Source: a virus | Length of the DNA: 53,362 nt | IMG/VR virus record: IMGVR_UViG_3300047160_009474 | Span: 1-53,362 of that record | Strand: one strand, 5' to 3' | Shown: positions 32,063 to 40,202 of the stretch, piece after piece | How the letters are laid out: every line of letters starts with the position of its first letter | How positions within the stretch are numbered: position 1 is the stretch's first letter | The notes under the pieces: generated by a model | What the model was told of the DNA's origin: nothing | What the model saw: only the letters and a program-made list of their open reading frames with translations | Database searches by the model: none | Position numbers and translations under genes: made by a program

Positions 32063-33045
32063 AGTTCCCTCAGTGGCATCCGGGTATACCAGTCATGCTC
32101 CGGGGTGCAGCGAACGGGAAACTCTCCGCCGTTCAGAATGGCCTGTCTCAGTGTCCCGATGTCGTCAAAGCCATTGCCGAAATACTGCTCAAAACGGGTG
32201 CTCCCCCGGGCCTGGTTGAGCGCACTGTGCGACTTGTCGTTCTGTCCATTGCCGCCGATGACAGGCCGGTCCCCTTCCCAATGCCAGTCCTCCTTTCGGA
32301 AGGCAGGCTCCAGGTGGTGGTGCTCCTCGCTTTCCAAGGTCAGCATGTTCCGGTTGTAACGGAAGCCATAGCGGTTGGTGTTGCCCAGGGTGATGCCGGT
32401 GCAAACGTCCTCAAACCCCAGACCATCACACAGGGCCTCACCCCACCCGTTGATGTCCAGGAACGCCTGCACCGGCGCAATCAAAGAGCAGCCATACATC
32501 CAGTCGCCGCCAACCGAAACCAGGTCGGATGCGGCCTGGTCCCAGCGACCGTCCTTGTCCTGGAGCTTAAACGATTCGGCTCGACCATTGGTGACCACTA
32601 AGTCCCTGACCTTCAGGTAGGCACCCAGGCCGATGTAACCCTTCTGAATGGCATCGGTCACCGAGTTGACCCAGCCGGGCATGAGGACCGACAGGTCATC
32701 CACGTAAGCAATCCATCCATCGGGGGCATAACACAGCCCAGTGTTGCGAGCGTTGGCCATGGCAAACCAATCCTCCTTGGTGAGCCGGTGCTTGCCCTGC
32801 CAGACACACGGTTTTGGCTCGACTAACTTGTAGGGAAACCGGGGCGGGAAGAATTCAACCGGCCTCTCCTTGGCGTAGAAGTCAACCAGCACCACGTTGG
32901 TCGCAAAGGGAAGCGACTCTCCATCATCGAGCAGCCTCAATAACGAATCGAGGAACCACTCAATCTTGCAGTTCCTCCGGGCCGTGCAGTAGCAAATGGT
33001 GAGGTTGATGGCGTGGCCCTTCAGGTCTGCCGCATCACGGTTCAT
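32059..33045 (-). CDS. GT-A fold glycosyltransferase-like protein (328 aa)
   Basis: Its ATG overlaps the RHH stop (ATGA). ANARNTGLCYAPDGWIAYVDDLS fits an NxARN...DxD pattern. Confidence 0.5.
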   Translation of the reverse strand: MNRDAADLKGHAINLTICYCTARRNCKIEWFLDSLLRLLDDGESLPFATNVVLVDFYAKERPVEFFPPRFPYKLVEPKPCVWQGKHRLTKEDWFAMANARNTGLCYAPDGWIAYVDDLSVLMPGWVNSVTDAIQKGYIGLGAYLKVRDLVVTNGRAESFKLQDKDGRWDQAASDLVSVGGDWMYGCSLIAPVQAFLDINGWGEALCDGLGFEDVCTGITLGNTNRYGFRYNRNMLTLESEEHHHLEPAFRKEDWHWEGDRPVIGGNGQNDKSHSALNQARGSTRFEQYFGNGFDDIGTLRQAILNGGEFPVRCTPEHDWYTRMPLREL

Positions 33046-33209
33046 GCCTTGGGCTGTTGTGCGAAGAGCTCCTCCAGCTTCTCCCGGCACTTGCCGAGCA
33101 TGAAGTCCACGATGAAGGCCACGCTCACATGGTTCTTCTGTGCCATCTCAGTCAGTGATTCGTGAGCGTTCTTGCTCACCCGGACAGTTTTAGTGTCATC
33201 CAGTAGCAT
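33042..33209 (-). CDS. Ribbon-helix-helix small regulator (55 aa) heading the enzyme cassette
   Basis: MLLDDTKTVRVSKNAHESLTEMAQKNHVSVAFIVDFMLGKC.... The late motif ends 19 nt upstream of its ATG. Confidence 0.5.
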   Translation of the reverse strand: MLLDDTKTVRVSKNAHESLTEMAQKNHVSVAFIVDFMLGKCREKLEELFAQQPKA

Positions 33210-33228
33210 TGCGTTACTACTCGACACC

Positions 33229-33248
33229 GTTGCCACTATTCTGTCAAC
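33229..33248 (-). promoter_or_regulatory. Late-type inverted-repeat motif upstream of the RHH/glycosyltransferase cassette (minus reading GTTGACA-gaatag-TGGCAAC)
   Basis: Forward GTTGCCActattcTGTCAAC, lying between the stop at 33253 and the ATG at 33209. Confidence 0.6.
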
Positions 33249-33252
33249 ACCT

Positions 33253-33471
33253 TTAATGCCGCTTCTTGTGCCGGGGGCCGAAGTGAATGCCCGTCCTGGC
33301 AAATCCGCTGTTGCTCTTGCCTTTGGGAGTCTTGTCGCTCATGGGCTTGCGGGGCCAGGGCATGCGGAACACATCCTTCATCGGGTCCATGACCGGGGGC
33401 CGGTCCTGCGCTGGCGGCTTGTGGTAATCGAACGGGTTATTCGGATACGTTGAATCGGTTTCTCTTTCCAT
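33253..33471 (-). CDS. Small basic/Pro-rich hypothetical protein (72 aa)
   Basis: ATG-initiated ORF between the ATP-grasp-like gene and the cassette promoter. Confidence 0.45.
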   Translation of the reverse strand: MERETDSTYPNNPFDYHKPPAQDRPPVMDPMKDVFRMPWPRKPMSDKTPKGKSNSGFARTGIHFGPRHKKRH

Positions 33472-33555
33472 AACTTTGGTCTGCGTGTTGTTGGCGAGAT
33501 GCGTCAGCCCCTCGCGCTCTCAAACCTGGGTTTGCTGGCTGCTCTTCAGGCGGCA

Positions 33556-34857
33556 TTAATCATCACCTCCTAACACAATCTCGGGTTCAGGTATGGTCTG
33601 TTCAGTGAATTGCATACCACTGTCCTCGGCCTCCTTGATCTGCTTCAGCAAATCGGAGAGCTCGGAGAATTCGCAGGAGGCACCATCGGGCAGCATGGCA
33701 GCGTGGTTTTTAAGTTCCCCAATCGCTTGCTCAATGGTGTCTCCAATCGCAACCAGCCAGCCAACGTCACTATCGTTGGAATCATCTGGCGGGAACCAAA
33801 GCTTGCCACCCTCCCGGACACAGTTGCCACATTTGATCCAACGGTCCAACTCCTCGGGCAGGTTCATGGCCGACCAGGTGGTGCGGTCGCCTTTCAATTT
33901 AATGAGCCCCTGCACTCCAATTTTGGCGGCGGGTTCCGGGTCGATGAGGTTTCCGTTAGCCCCCTGCCAGATGATGTCCGAGAAATTGGCGAAGAGCTCG
34001 GCCATTACCTGGGAGGGTGGCGAGCCCGCCCGGCAGGTGGGGTCGGTAAAGTAGCTCTCGCCCTCTTCGGTTATTCGAACCTCGGAGGAGAAGAACGACC
34101 GGTACCCGTATTTGGCCAGTACCGGCCCGAAGGCCTCGTTAACCACCGACAATTCTTTGGGTAGATCTTCGAACTTTTGCACCGCCCCCAGGAACGCCTT
34201 GTCCTTGGCCTCCATGCCATGAACGCAAAGACTAGGCCAATTGCCGTCAATGTTATAGCCGTCGTAACCGTCCTCAATTTTGGTTTCGATAGGGTCAAAG
34301 ACATAGAACACCACCTGTTCCCGGTAGGGACCAAACTTCACGGCGTAATGGTCCAGGGTATTTTCATCCTCATCCCAGCTCCTCCAGTGCAAGGTTTCCC
34401 AGTCCCCGCGATAGCGGCTGATCTTGATCCACTTGTCCTCCCGCTTTTTGAGATGCTCCCGCAGGTCGGTGATCCCGTAAATCGGCACACACCTGGGGAC
34501 CGGCAACTCAGTCTCGTTCTGCAATACGTTCAGGAATTTGCCCCGCAGGATTTCCAGTGAATCACCGGCGCGGGCACCCCACACAATGCGGCCATCCCGC
34601 AAGAGCTTCCTCTGGATCCCGGATAGTCCGATGTCAGGACAGACCCACAGGTCGGTCTCCTCTTCCCGGTCCCACTCACTCTCCAGCCGGGTGAGTTCCG
34701 GGAAGCCATCGCCAATCTGGTCTTTGCACGTTTCAAAGGCTCGCTCATGCGGCGACCAGTAGTTCACGCGCTTAACGTCGCGGGCGATGCGCCTGGCAAT
34801 GGGCACAAAGAGCCCCTTGTCCAGCACCGTCACTTCGATTTCAGAAAGCTCTTTCAC
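33556..34857 (-). CDS. ATP-grasp-like enzyme (433 aa), tentative
   Basis: GTG start overlapping the upstream stop. Strings KISRYRGDWETL and SSEVRITEEGESYFTDPTCRAGSPPS resemble ATP-grasp core motifs (by eye only). Confidence 0.4.
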   Translation of the reverse strand: MKELSEIEVTVLDKGLFVPIARRIARDVKRVNYWSPHERAFETCKDQIGDGFPELTRLESEWDREEETDLWVCPDIGLSGIQRKLLRDGRIVWGARAGDSLEILRGKFLNVLQNETELPVPRCVPIYGITDLREHLKKREDKWIKISRYRGDWETLHWRSWDEDENTLDHYAVKFGPYREQVVFYVFDPIETKIEDGYDGYNIDGNWPSLCVHGMEAKDKAFLGAVQKFEDLPKELSVVNEAFGPVLAKYGYRSFFSSEVRITEEGESYFTDPTCRAGSPPSQVMAELFANFSDIIWQGANGNLIDPEPAAKIGVQGLIKLKGDRTTWSAMNLPEELDRWIKCGNCVREGGKLWFPPDDSNDSDVGWLVAIGDTIEQAIGELKNHAAMLPDGASCEFSELSDLLKQIKEAEDSGMQFTEQTIPEPEIVLGGDD

Positions 34858-34973
34858 TCGTCCAAATCCTCAGTTCGCATCCGCAGCACATCCGCCGGTT
34901 CCTCACAGTCCTCGTCCTCATCGAGCTCATCAGGCAGTCCCTCATCCGGCAATTCAGGATCGCCTTCAGGCAT
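34854..34973 (-). CDS. Very acidic mini-ORF (39 aa), below the track threshold
   Basis: MPEGDPELPDEGLPDELDEDEDCEEPADVLRMRTEDLDE. Its stop overlaps the next GTG (GTGA). Confidence 0.3.
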   Translation of the reverse strand: MPEGDPELPDEGLPDELDEDEDCEEPADVLRMRTEDLDE

Positions 34974-35265
34974 AAAACTCAAAAAAGAATGGATGCTTTA
35001 CGGCAACCTTGATATGTCCAAGGAGTTCCAAGGACATCCACCGCATGGGATTGCGGTGAGCTTCTATCCCGATTGATACTCCAGCCTCAGTCAGGCTCGC
35101 AAAGCCGGTATCAGCCTTCGTAACACCAAACGCCTTGGCCAGTTCCTGCAAATACCGGCGGTCTTTTTCCGCACGGCTATTCCTTTCAAAACCCTTCAGC
35201 ACACCATCCCATAACCAGTAGCAACCGTTAGGTTTTTCGATTGTGATAATTCTATTGCTCCTCAT
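34966..35265 (-). CDS. Hypothetical protein (99 aa)
   Basis: ATGA-coupled to the portal gene. Confidence 0.5.
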   Translation of the reverse strand: MRSNRIITIEKPNGCYWLWDGVLKGFERNSRAEKDRRYLQELAKAFGVTKADTGFASLTEAGVSIGIEAHRNPMRWMSLELLGHIKVAVKHPFFFEFYA

Positions 35266-37520
35266 TCAGTCTCCGCGAATGCCTTGAGGTTGCTGCGGTG
35301 GATCTCGCTGGCGGTCGAGGCATCAGCCAGGGCCATCCCCTGCCGGTGCTGCTGGTCTTTAATCTGCATCTGCTGGCGGGCCTTGGCCGTCTTGATGGCG
35401 AGGTCCGACTGCGTCTTGGCGTTCTTTAACTGCAAGTCGCTCATCACCTGTTGTGTCCGACCGGCCTGTGCCTTCTGTTGTTCCGCCTGGCGTTGGGCCA
35501 TGGCCTTCAACTGGTCGGTCATCTTCATCAGTTGCTGCATCTGTTTCTCCATCTGTTTGTAAACGGATTGTCGCAATGGGTCTTGGGCGAAGCGTTTCAT
35601 GTGCGCCATGATCGCCGGGCCGCAGATATTTAAGAACGCAACCACCGTATTGATGTCCGCTCCCTGCTGTACGCTTTGGATGGCACTGACGGCTGCCGAG
35701 AGGAACACACCGGCGAAGGTCACCGGGTTCTGTTGGGAGGTAATGATGGGCTTAACCCCCGTCTTCATCGCGGCAACCTGGGTCATGGCAAAGGCAGTCT
35801 GGTCGTTGGGCATCCGCTGCTGGATGGTCTTGGGGAAGTAGCGGGACACTGCCGTCTGCCCGGCCTCCACCGCAATCTTGTCGGCAATGAGATTCTCCCG
35901 CCCCTCCTCGGGCAGCGAACCGGCCAACTGCATCAGGGAATCCACTGCGTTCTTCCGCATGAAGGTGCTCCCCTGGCCGATCACCCGCAGTGCCCTCACC
36001 CGTTCGATGCGGCCAAAGCACTGGCGTGGCACTCCGCGCTTTTCACATCGCTTCTGGATTTCTTTGGCGCGAGGGTCGGTCGAGTTCAAGTCGAACATCC
36101 GGCGGACAATCTCGCCATACAAAGCGTCCATCTGTTTGTAATAGCGGTTGTAAGTCGTCTTGTTGAGCGAGCTCTGCTGGCTGGCATCCAGCATGATTTG
36201 TTTGGCGGTCACCGGGTTGCCGGTCTGTTTAGTGGGCACCTGCTGGCGGTACTGCGAGAGGGTCGACTGCATGATTTGGGTCAACTCCCCGTTCATCGCC
36301 AGTCCCTCCTGCAGCATGCCGCCAATGGGGTTTTGCACCACATCGTAACCGGAGGGCAAAAGGCCATAGTCGCCGTGATGCGCCAGGTTGAACCGCTGGG
36401 TGGCCTCGGTGGTCGTGGGCTTAAAGAGGGTTTTGGGCGAATTGGCCTTATCCACCAGGTTGCAGATCATTCGGTTCTGGTGCTCCATGGCCGCATACAT
36501 CTTGACCCCCAGGCCGGTGACCGAGTGATGCATGCCGCCATTGCCCCGGTCGAAGTACATCGGGTGGCAGCATTCCTCCCAGGTGCGGTAACGTCCCCGG
36601 TTGAAATAGAGATAGCGAATGTCGGTGGGCTCCGGGCTCTGGCTGCTGACCTGCCGGGGGCCGGTGCCGGTCGAGCTTTCGCGCTCCACGATGGCCTGCG
36701 TGATCGACTGGTCAAACTCCTGCCAGAACACATAAGCCAACTGGATCCACTTGGAATCATCCCACATGTAAGCCAGTGAGTTGTTCTTCAACTCCTGTTG
36801 GACAAAGGTCCACTCCCGGCGGATGCCCTCCTGGGTCCGCAGGTCCATGGCGTTCTCAATCACGCACTTGGTGTAAGGCACATCCCAGCCCACTTTGCTG
36901 GCAGCCTCCTCATCCAGGATGAACTTGTAGAGTTGGGGCGGGTAGTAGTTGACCACCAGGGCGCAAGCCTCCCAGTAATGGGTATCGGAGGGAGTGAATT
37001 CCGGGACGAAGAGTTTCCACACGGCCCGGGGCAGGATGGAGTATTTGTCTTCGAACATGAGCGGACCCTTGCCGTGCAGCACCATCTTCCACTGGCTCTG
37101 CTGCATCTCGTAATCCCACACCGGATCCCGGTCGAGCATCGCATCGGCTTCCTCGCTCATCACCCGGGAATACTGCAGGCGCATCTCGTCGGTGCCGTAA
37201 CTGGTCTCAATGCTCACATAGCCCGGTGCCTCGGAGAATAAATCGTAGAAGGCCCCCGACCCATTCTCCATGTATGAGCGGCCAATGCCCCAGTTGACGT
37301 TGCACTTATTGGTCATCCCCGCTTCCCTGAGTTTGGAATAGCGGAAGGGCGGATTGCCATCCACCAGTCCATTGACCCGTGACTCCTTGTAGTCGCGCTG
37401 CTCGTCGTTATCGGAAAGCCGCCTGACCCAGTCCTGGGTCGAGCGGGCATCGGACATCCGAGTCTCGGGCACTTCCCCGTGGTCGATGGTCTTTAATGTT
37501 TCAGTTCCGTAAGTAGCCAT
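35262..37520 (-). CDS. Probable portal protein (752 aa)
   Basis: Its size, its position just downstream of TerL (one small gene between) and a long Q/K/A-rich C-terminal coiled coil (P22-barrel-like) support the call. No search was run. Confidence 0.6.
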   Translation of the reverse strand: MATYGTETLKTIDHGEVPETRMSDARSTQDWVRRLSDNDEQRDYKESRVNGLVDGNPPFRYSKLREAGMTNKCNVNWGIGRSYMENGSGAFYDLFSEAPGYVSIETSYGTDEMRLQYSRVMSEEADAMLDRDPVWDYEMQQSQWKMVLHGKGPLMFEDKYSILPRAVWKLFVPEFTPSDTHYWEACALVVNYYPPQLYKFILDEEAASKVGWDVPYTKCVIENAMDLRTQEGIRREWTFVQQELKNNSLAYMWDDSKWIQLAYVFWQEFDQSITQAIVERESSTGTGPRQVSSQSPEPTDIRYLYFNRGRYRTWEECCHPMYFDRGNGGMHHSVTGLGVKMYAAMEHQNRMICNLVDKANSPKTLFKPTTTEATQRFNLAHHGDYGLLPSGYDVVQNPIGGMLQEGLAMNGELTQIMQSTLSQYRQQVPTKQTGNPVTAKQIMLDASQQSSLNKTTYNRYYKQMDALYGEIVRRMFDLNSTDPRAKEIQKRCEKRGVPRQCFGRIERVRALRVIGQGSTFMRKNAVDSLMQLAGSLPEEGRENLIADKIAVEAGQTAVSRYFPKTIQQRMPNDQTAFAMTQVAAMKTGVKPIITSQQNPVTFAGVFLSAAVSAIQSVQQGADINTVVAFLNICGPAIMAHMKRFAQDPLRQSVYKQMEKQMQQLMKMTDQLKAMAQRQAEQQKAQAGRTQQVMSDLQLKNAKTQSDLAIKTAKARQQMQIKDQQHRQGMALADASTASEIHRSNLKAFAETE

Positions 37521-37524
37521 AAGT

Positions 37525-38121
37525 TCAGGTGGTGCATTGCTTCCAGCACCTGGGCACGGCTGCGAATTGTTTGGCCATTTCCTCGTTCACATCGGGACAC
37601 TGGGTGTCCAACGGGAACCACACGGCCACTCGGGTCCAGCAGCCGCAGATGCCGCAGGCCCGCAGGTCATGGTCGTAAGGAGTGGATTTGCTGCCGGTGC
37701 CCGAAAGGACATTCACCAGTTCCGAGCACAGACCGGCGCAGGGTTTGGAAAAGAAGACTGCCTGGGGACAGCTCGCGCAGATTGCGGCCCGCTCGTTTGC
37801 GGTGGCCTGGGCCACTAACTGCGAGCCGGTGAGCTTGTGCCGGGCAAAGGTCATCGTGCCCCGCACGATTTCGCCCATGCTCCAATGGCTCTTGCGCCGG
37901 GTGCCGGGCGGAACATTCTCGCAGTCATCGGGGTAGTTGGCGCAGATGTCCCGCTCCACCTCCTGCTCGAAGTCCAATCCCACCGGGACACCGTTGGCCT
38001 TGCGCTCCTGGTAGGCGAAGTGCATCAACTGCTCGAAGGTGGTGCCCCTGACTTCCTGGCGGGTCAGCGGGTCACGCCAGAGAAAAGAACCGCCATAGGG
38101 GATTTGCGAGATGATCCTCAT
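37525..38121 (-). CDS. Cys-rich hypothetical protein between terminase and portal (198 aa)
   Basis: ATGA-coupled to terL. CASCPQ...CAGLC...CGICGC cluster. Confidence 0.55.
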   Translation of the reverse strand: MRIISQIPYGGSFLWRDPLTRQEVRGTTFEQLMHFAYQERKANGVPVGLDFEQEVERDICANYPDDCENVPPGTRRKSHWSMGEIVRGTMTFARHKLTGSQLVAQATANERAAICASCPQAVFFSKPCAGLCSELVNVLSGTGSKSTPYDHDLRACGICGCWTRVAVWFPLDTQCPDVNEEMAKQFAAVPRCWKQCTT

Positions 38122-39875
38122 GCCTCGATTTCCTCCGGGACATAGCCCACCTGGTCTGACTCCTCGTACACGCTGTTAACCTCCTGGGCGTAGTTGAAGA
38201 ATTCCTCACTGCGGGCGACCGTCTCGCCGATGGGTTGGATGCGGAAACCCCGCTGGCGGGCAACCTCGATGATCATCACAAAGCAGTCGGACAAGTCGGG
38301 CGACTCACCGAACTGCTCCTTGTAATCCCGCTTGTTCATCATCACGATCCGCTGCTTCGAATCGTCAAACTCGATGGTGCAAAGCTCTCGGGCCGTCAGC
38401 TGGTCCAACCCGCGCAACTGCTCATGGTTCATCGCATCGCGAGAGCGGAAGTACATCTCAGTGCGCTTATTCCAGTAAACCTCCTTTGCGGGTCGGATGT
38501 CCTCGGGCGAGCAGGAGTCTTCACTGGCCGCTCCCGCGAATTCGATGCGGATGATCTTCGGGCTCCAGATGCGTTGGACGATGTCGCACAGACCCCCGCC
38601 CTCGCCGGTGGCATCGATGCCCAGGTTTTGGGGTTCGCAGGAGTATTCGACTCCGTTGTATTGAAAGGATTCGCATTGGCGTTTTAACTGTTCCGCAAGT
38701 TGGAAGTGGACCGGGTTTTTCGATGAGGCGTCGATGGTGAGGATGACGGGCGGCATGCATTCGATGCCGGTGTTCCCGTTAGAGATTTCTCCCATTTTGG
38801 CAAATCGAAGAGCGGGCCGGTCGCCCCCGCCGAAAGCTGGGTCGAAAGCTCCAATAATTCGGAAATTTCTTCCGGTGAATACGTGGCGTTCGAAACCTTT
38901 TGCATTGATGATTCCTACTTCGCTAAAGACAGTTTTAGTGAGCCCGATGGGTGGCCAGAACCCCCGTTCGTTCGACCAATAGGAGGGGCTGTTCTCCCCG
39001 CCTGCCAGTGCCCGGCGGCTCTCCACCCGGCGCAGGGAAGGCAAGTGCCTGGAAACAGTTTTACCATTCAGAATGTTGGGCGACTTCTCGGCATCGAACC
39101 GCAGCACAATGCCGGTCCTGCCGTTCTGTTGGGGCTTGCTCTCCCACTCCTCGGTCTCGACGCTGACACTTGCCCACCCGTCCTTGGGCTCGCAGAACTT
39201 CCCCATCTCATCCAGCCGCGAGCGGGGGTTGCCGATGACCACCATTAGGAATTCTTCGCAGGCCGCAGACAGGTTGAACCCCGCTTCGAAGATGGCATGC
39301 GGCACGGCTGTTGCCTCATCTATGACAACCATCTGGCGGCGGGTGTGGTGGCCTTTGATGTTGTCGGCCACCTTGAAGACTGAGCCCTCGCGCACGGCGA
39401 TGCCGATGATGGCATGTTTATCGTCGCCCTTGTTGGACTGCCAGATCATGCGCGAATCCACAAAGTTGCCGTACTGCCGAGGACCCAAAGCCGAGAAGAG
39501 CCGCTGGATCTCCGACCAGCCCCGCCGCCTCAGAGCCTTGGCGGTGGTGGAGCAAAAGATGACGCTGGATTCCTCGGGGCAACAGAGCCACCAAATCCCC
39601 GCAAACCCAGCGACATTAAAGGTTTTTGCGCTCCCCGCGCAGCCCGCCAGGCCGACCCACTCATTGAAGCAGCAGGCATCGATGATGTTGTTAGTCCAAG
39701 GGTGATACTCGAAATGCTTGGGCAGGAGCAGATTGGCAACCGCCCGGAAAAGGTCAGGCCGTGGCGGCATTCCCCGCATCGGGCCATTGCGATGACTGAA
39801 CGCCCAGCGGTCGTAGGAGAGCTGATCCAGGCCAGGTTTTAAGCCATAGGTTCTGACCGTAGCCGTGGTAGGCAT
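38118..39875 (-). CDS. terL: Terminase large subunit (585 aa)
   Basis: Walker A-like GCAGSAKT, Walker B MVVIDEAT, then VIGNP and a C-terminal nuclease-sized half. First gene of the morphogenesis operon. Confidence 0.8.
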   Translation of the reverse strand: MPTTATVRTYGLKPGLDQLSYDRWAFSHRNGPMRGMPPRPDLFRAVANLLLPKHFEYHPWTNNIIDACCFNEWVGLAGCAGSAKTFNVAGFAGIWWLCCPEESSVIFCSTTAKALRRRGWSEIQRLFSALGPRQYGNFVDSRMIWQSNKGDDKHAIIGIAVREGSVFKVADNIKGHHTRRQMVVIDEATAVPHAIFEAGFNLSAACEEFLMVVIGNPRSRLDEMGKFCEPKDGWASVSVETEEWESKPQQNGRTGIVLRFDAEKSPNILNGKTVSRHLPSLRRVESRRALAGGENSPSYWSNERGFWPPIGLTKTVFSEVGIINAKGFERHVFTGRNFRIIGAFDPAFGGGDRPALRFAKMGEISNGNTGIECMPPVILTIDASSKNPVHFQLAEQLKRQCESFQYNGVEYSCEPQNLGIDATGEGGGLCDIVQRIWSPKIIRIEFAGAASEDSCSPEDIRPAKEVYWNKRTEMYFRSRDAMNHEQLRGLDQLTARELCTIEFDDSKQRIVMMNKRDYKEQFGESPDLSDCFVMIIEVARQRGFRIQPIGETVARSEEFFNYAQEVNSVYEESDQVGYVPEEIEA

Positions 39876-39919
39876 TTGTGTTGACCCTACATCATCTGGG
39901 GGTTATCAGTAAAGCGTAC

Positions 39920-39939
39920 GTTGGCAGAAAAGTGGCAAC
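39920..39939. promoter_or_regulatory. Late-type inverted-repeat motif in the divergent terL / tail-operon control region (GTTGGCA-gaaaag-TGGCAAC)
   Basis: The minus-strand reading TTGCCA-N9-CAACG lies 44 nt upstream of the terL ATG. The near-symmetric site could serve both directions. Confidence 0.5.
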
Positions 39940-39945
39940 ACTAAT

Positions 39946-40197
39946 ATGACGACTTTGCCGTGCGATTGTAGCTTCACCTCCTGGAATCCATGTTCCTGCT
40001 CTAACTTTCCCAGCACCGCTCCTCTTCCGCCAGGTAGTGGCACCACTGAAGTTTTTGGCGGCACCGGCAGTCCGCTCACTGGCAACGCTGTTCCCGATCC
40101 CGGCGTCCCAACCGCTCCGGTGGCGATCTGGATTCAGAGTGATTCCTTCCCGCCATTCCAGACCACCGCTATTTGGATGGATGGGGCGTGGCACTAA
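39946..40197 (+). CDS. Possible small protein (83 aa) preceding the fibre gene
   Basis: ATG ORF ending 5 nt before the fibre ATG. Its C-terminus, VAIWIQSDSFPPFQTTAIWMDGAWH, looks protein-like, but the N-terminus is Cys/Ser/Pro-rich. Confidence 0.3.
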   Translation: MTTLPCDCSFTSWNPCSCSNFPSTAPLPPGSGTTEVFGGTGSPLTGNAVPDPGVPTAPVAIWIQSDSFPPFQTTAIWMDGAWH

Positions 40198-40202
40198 ACC
40201 TT

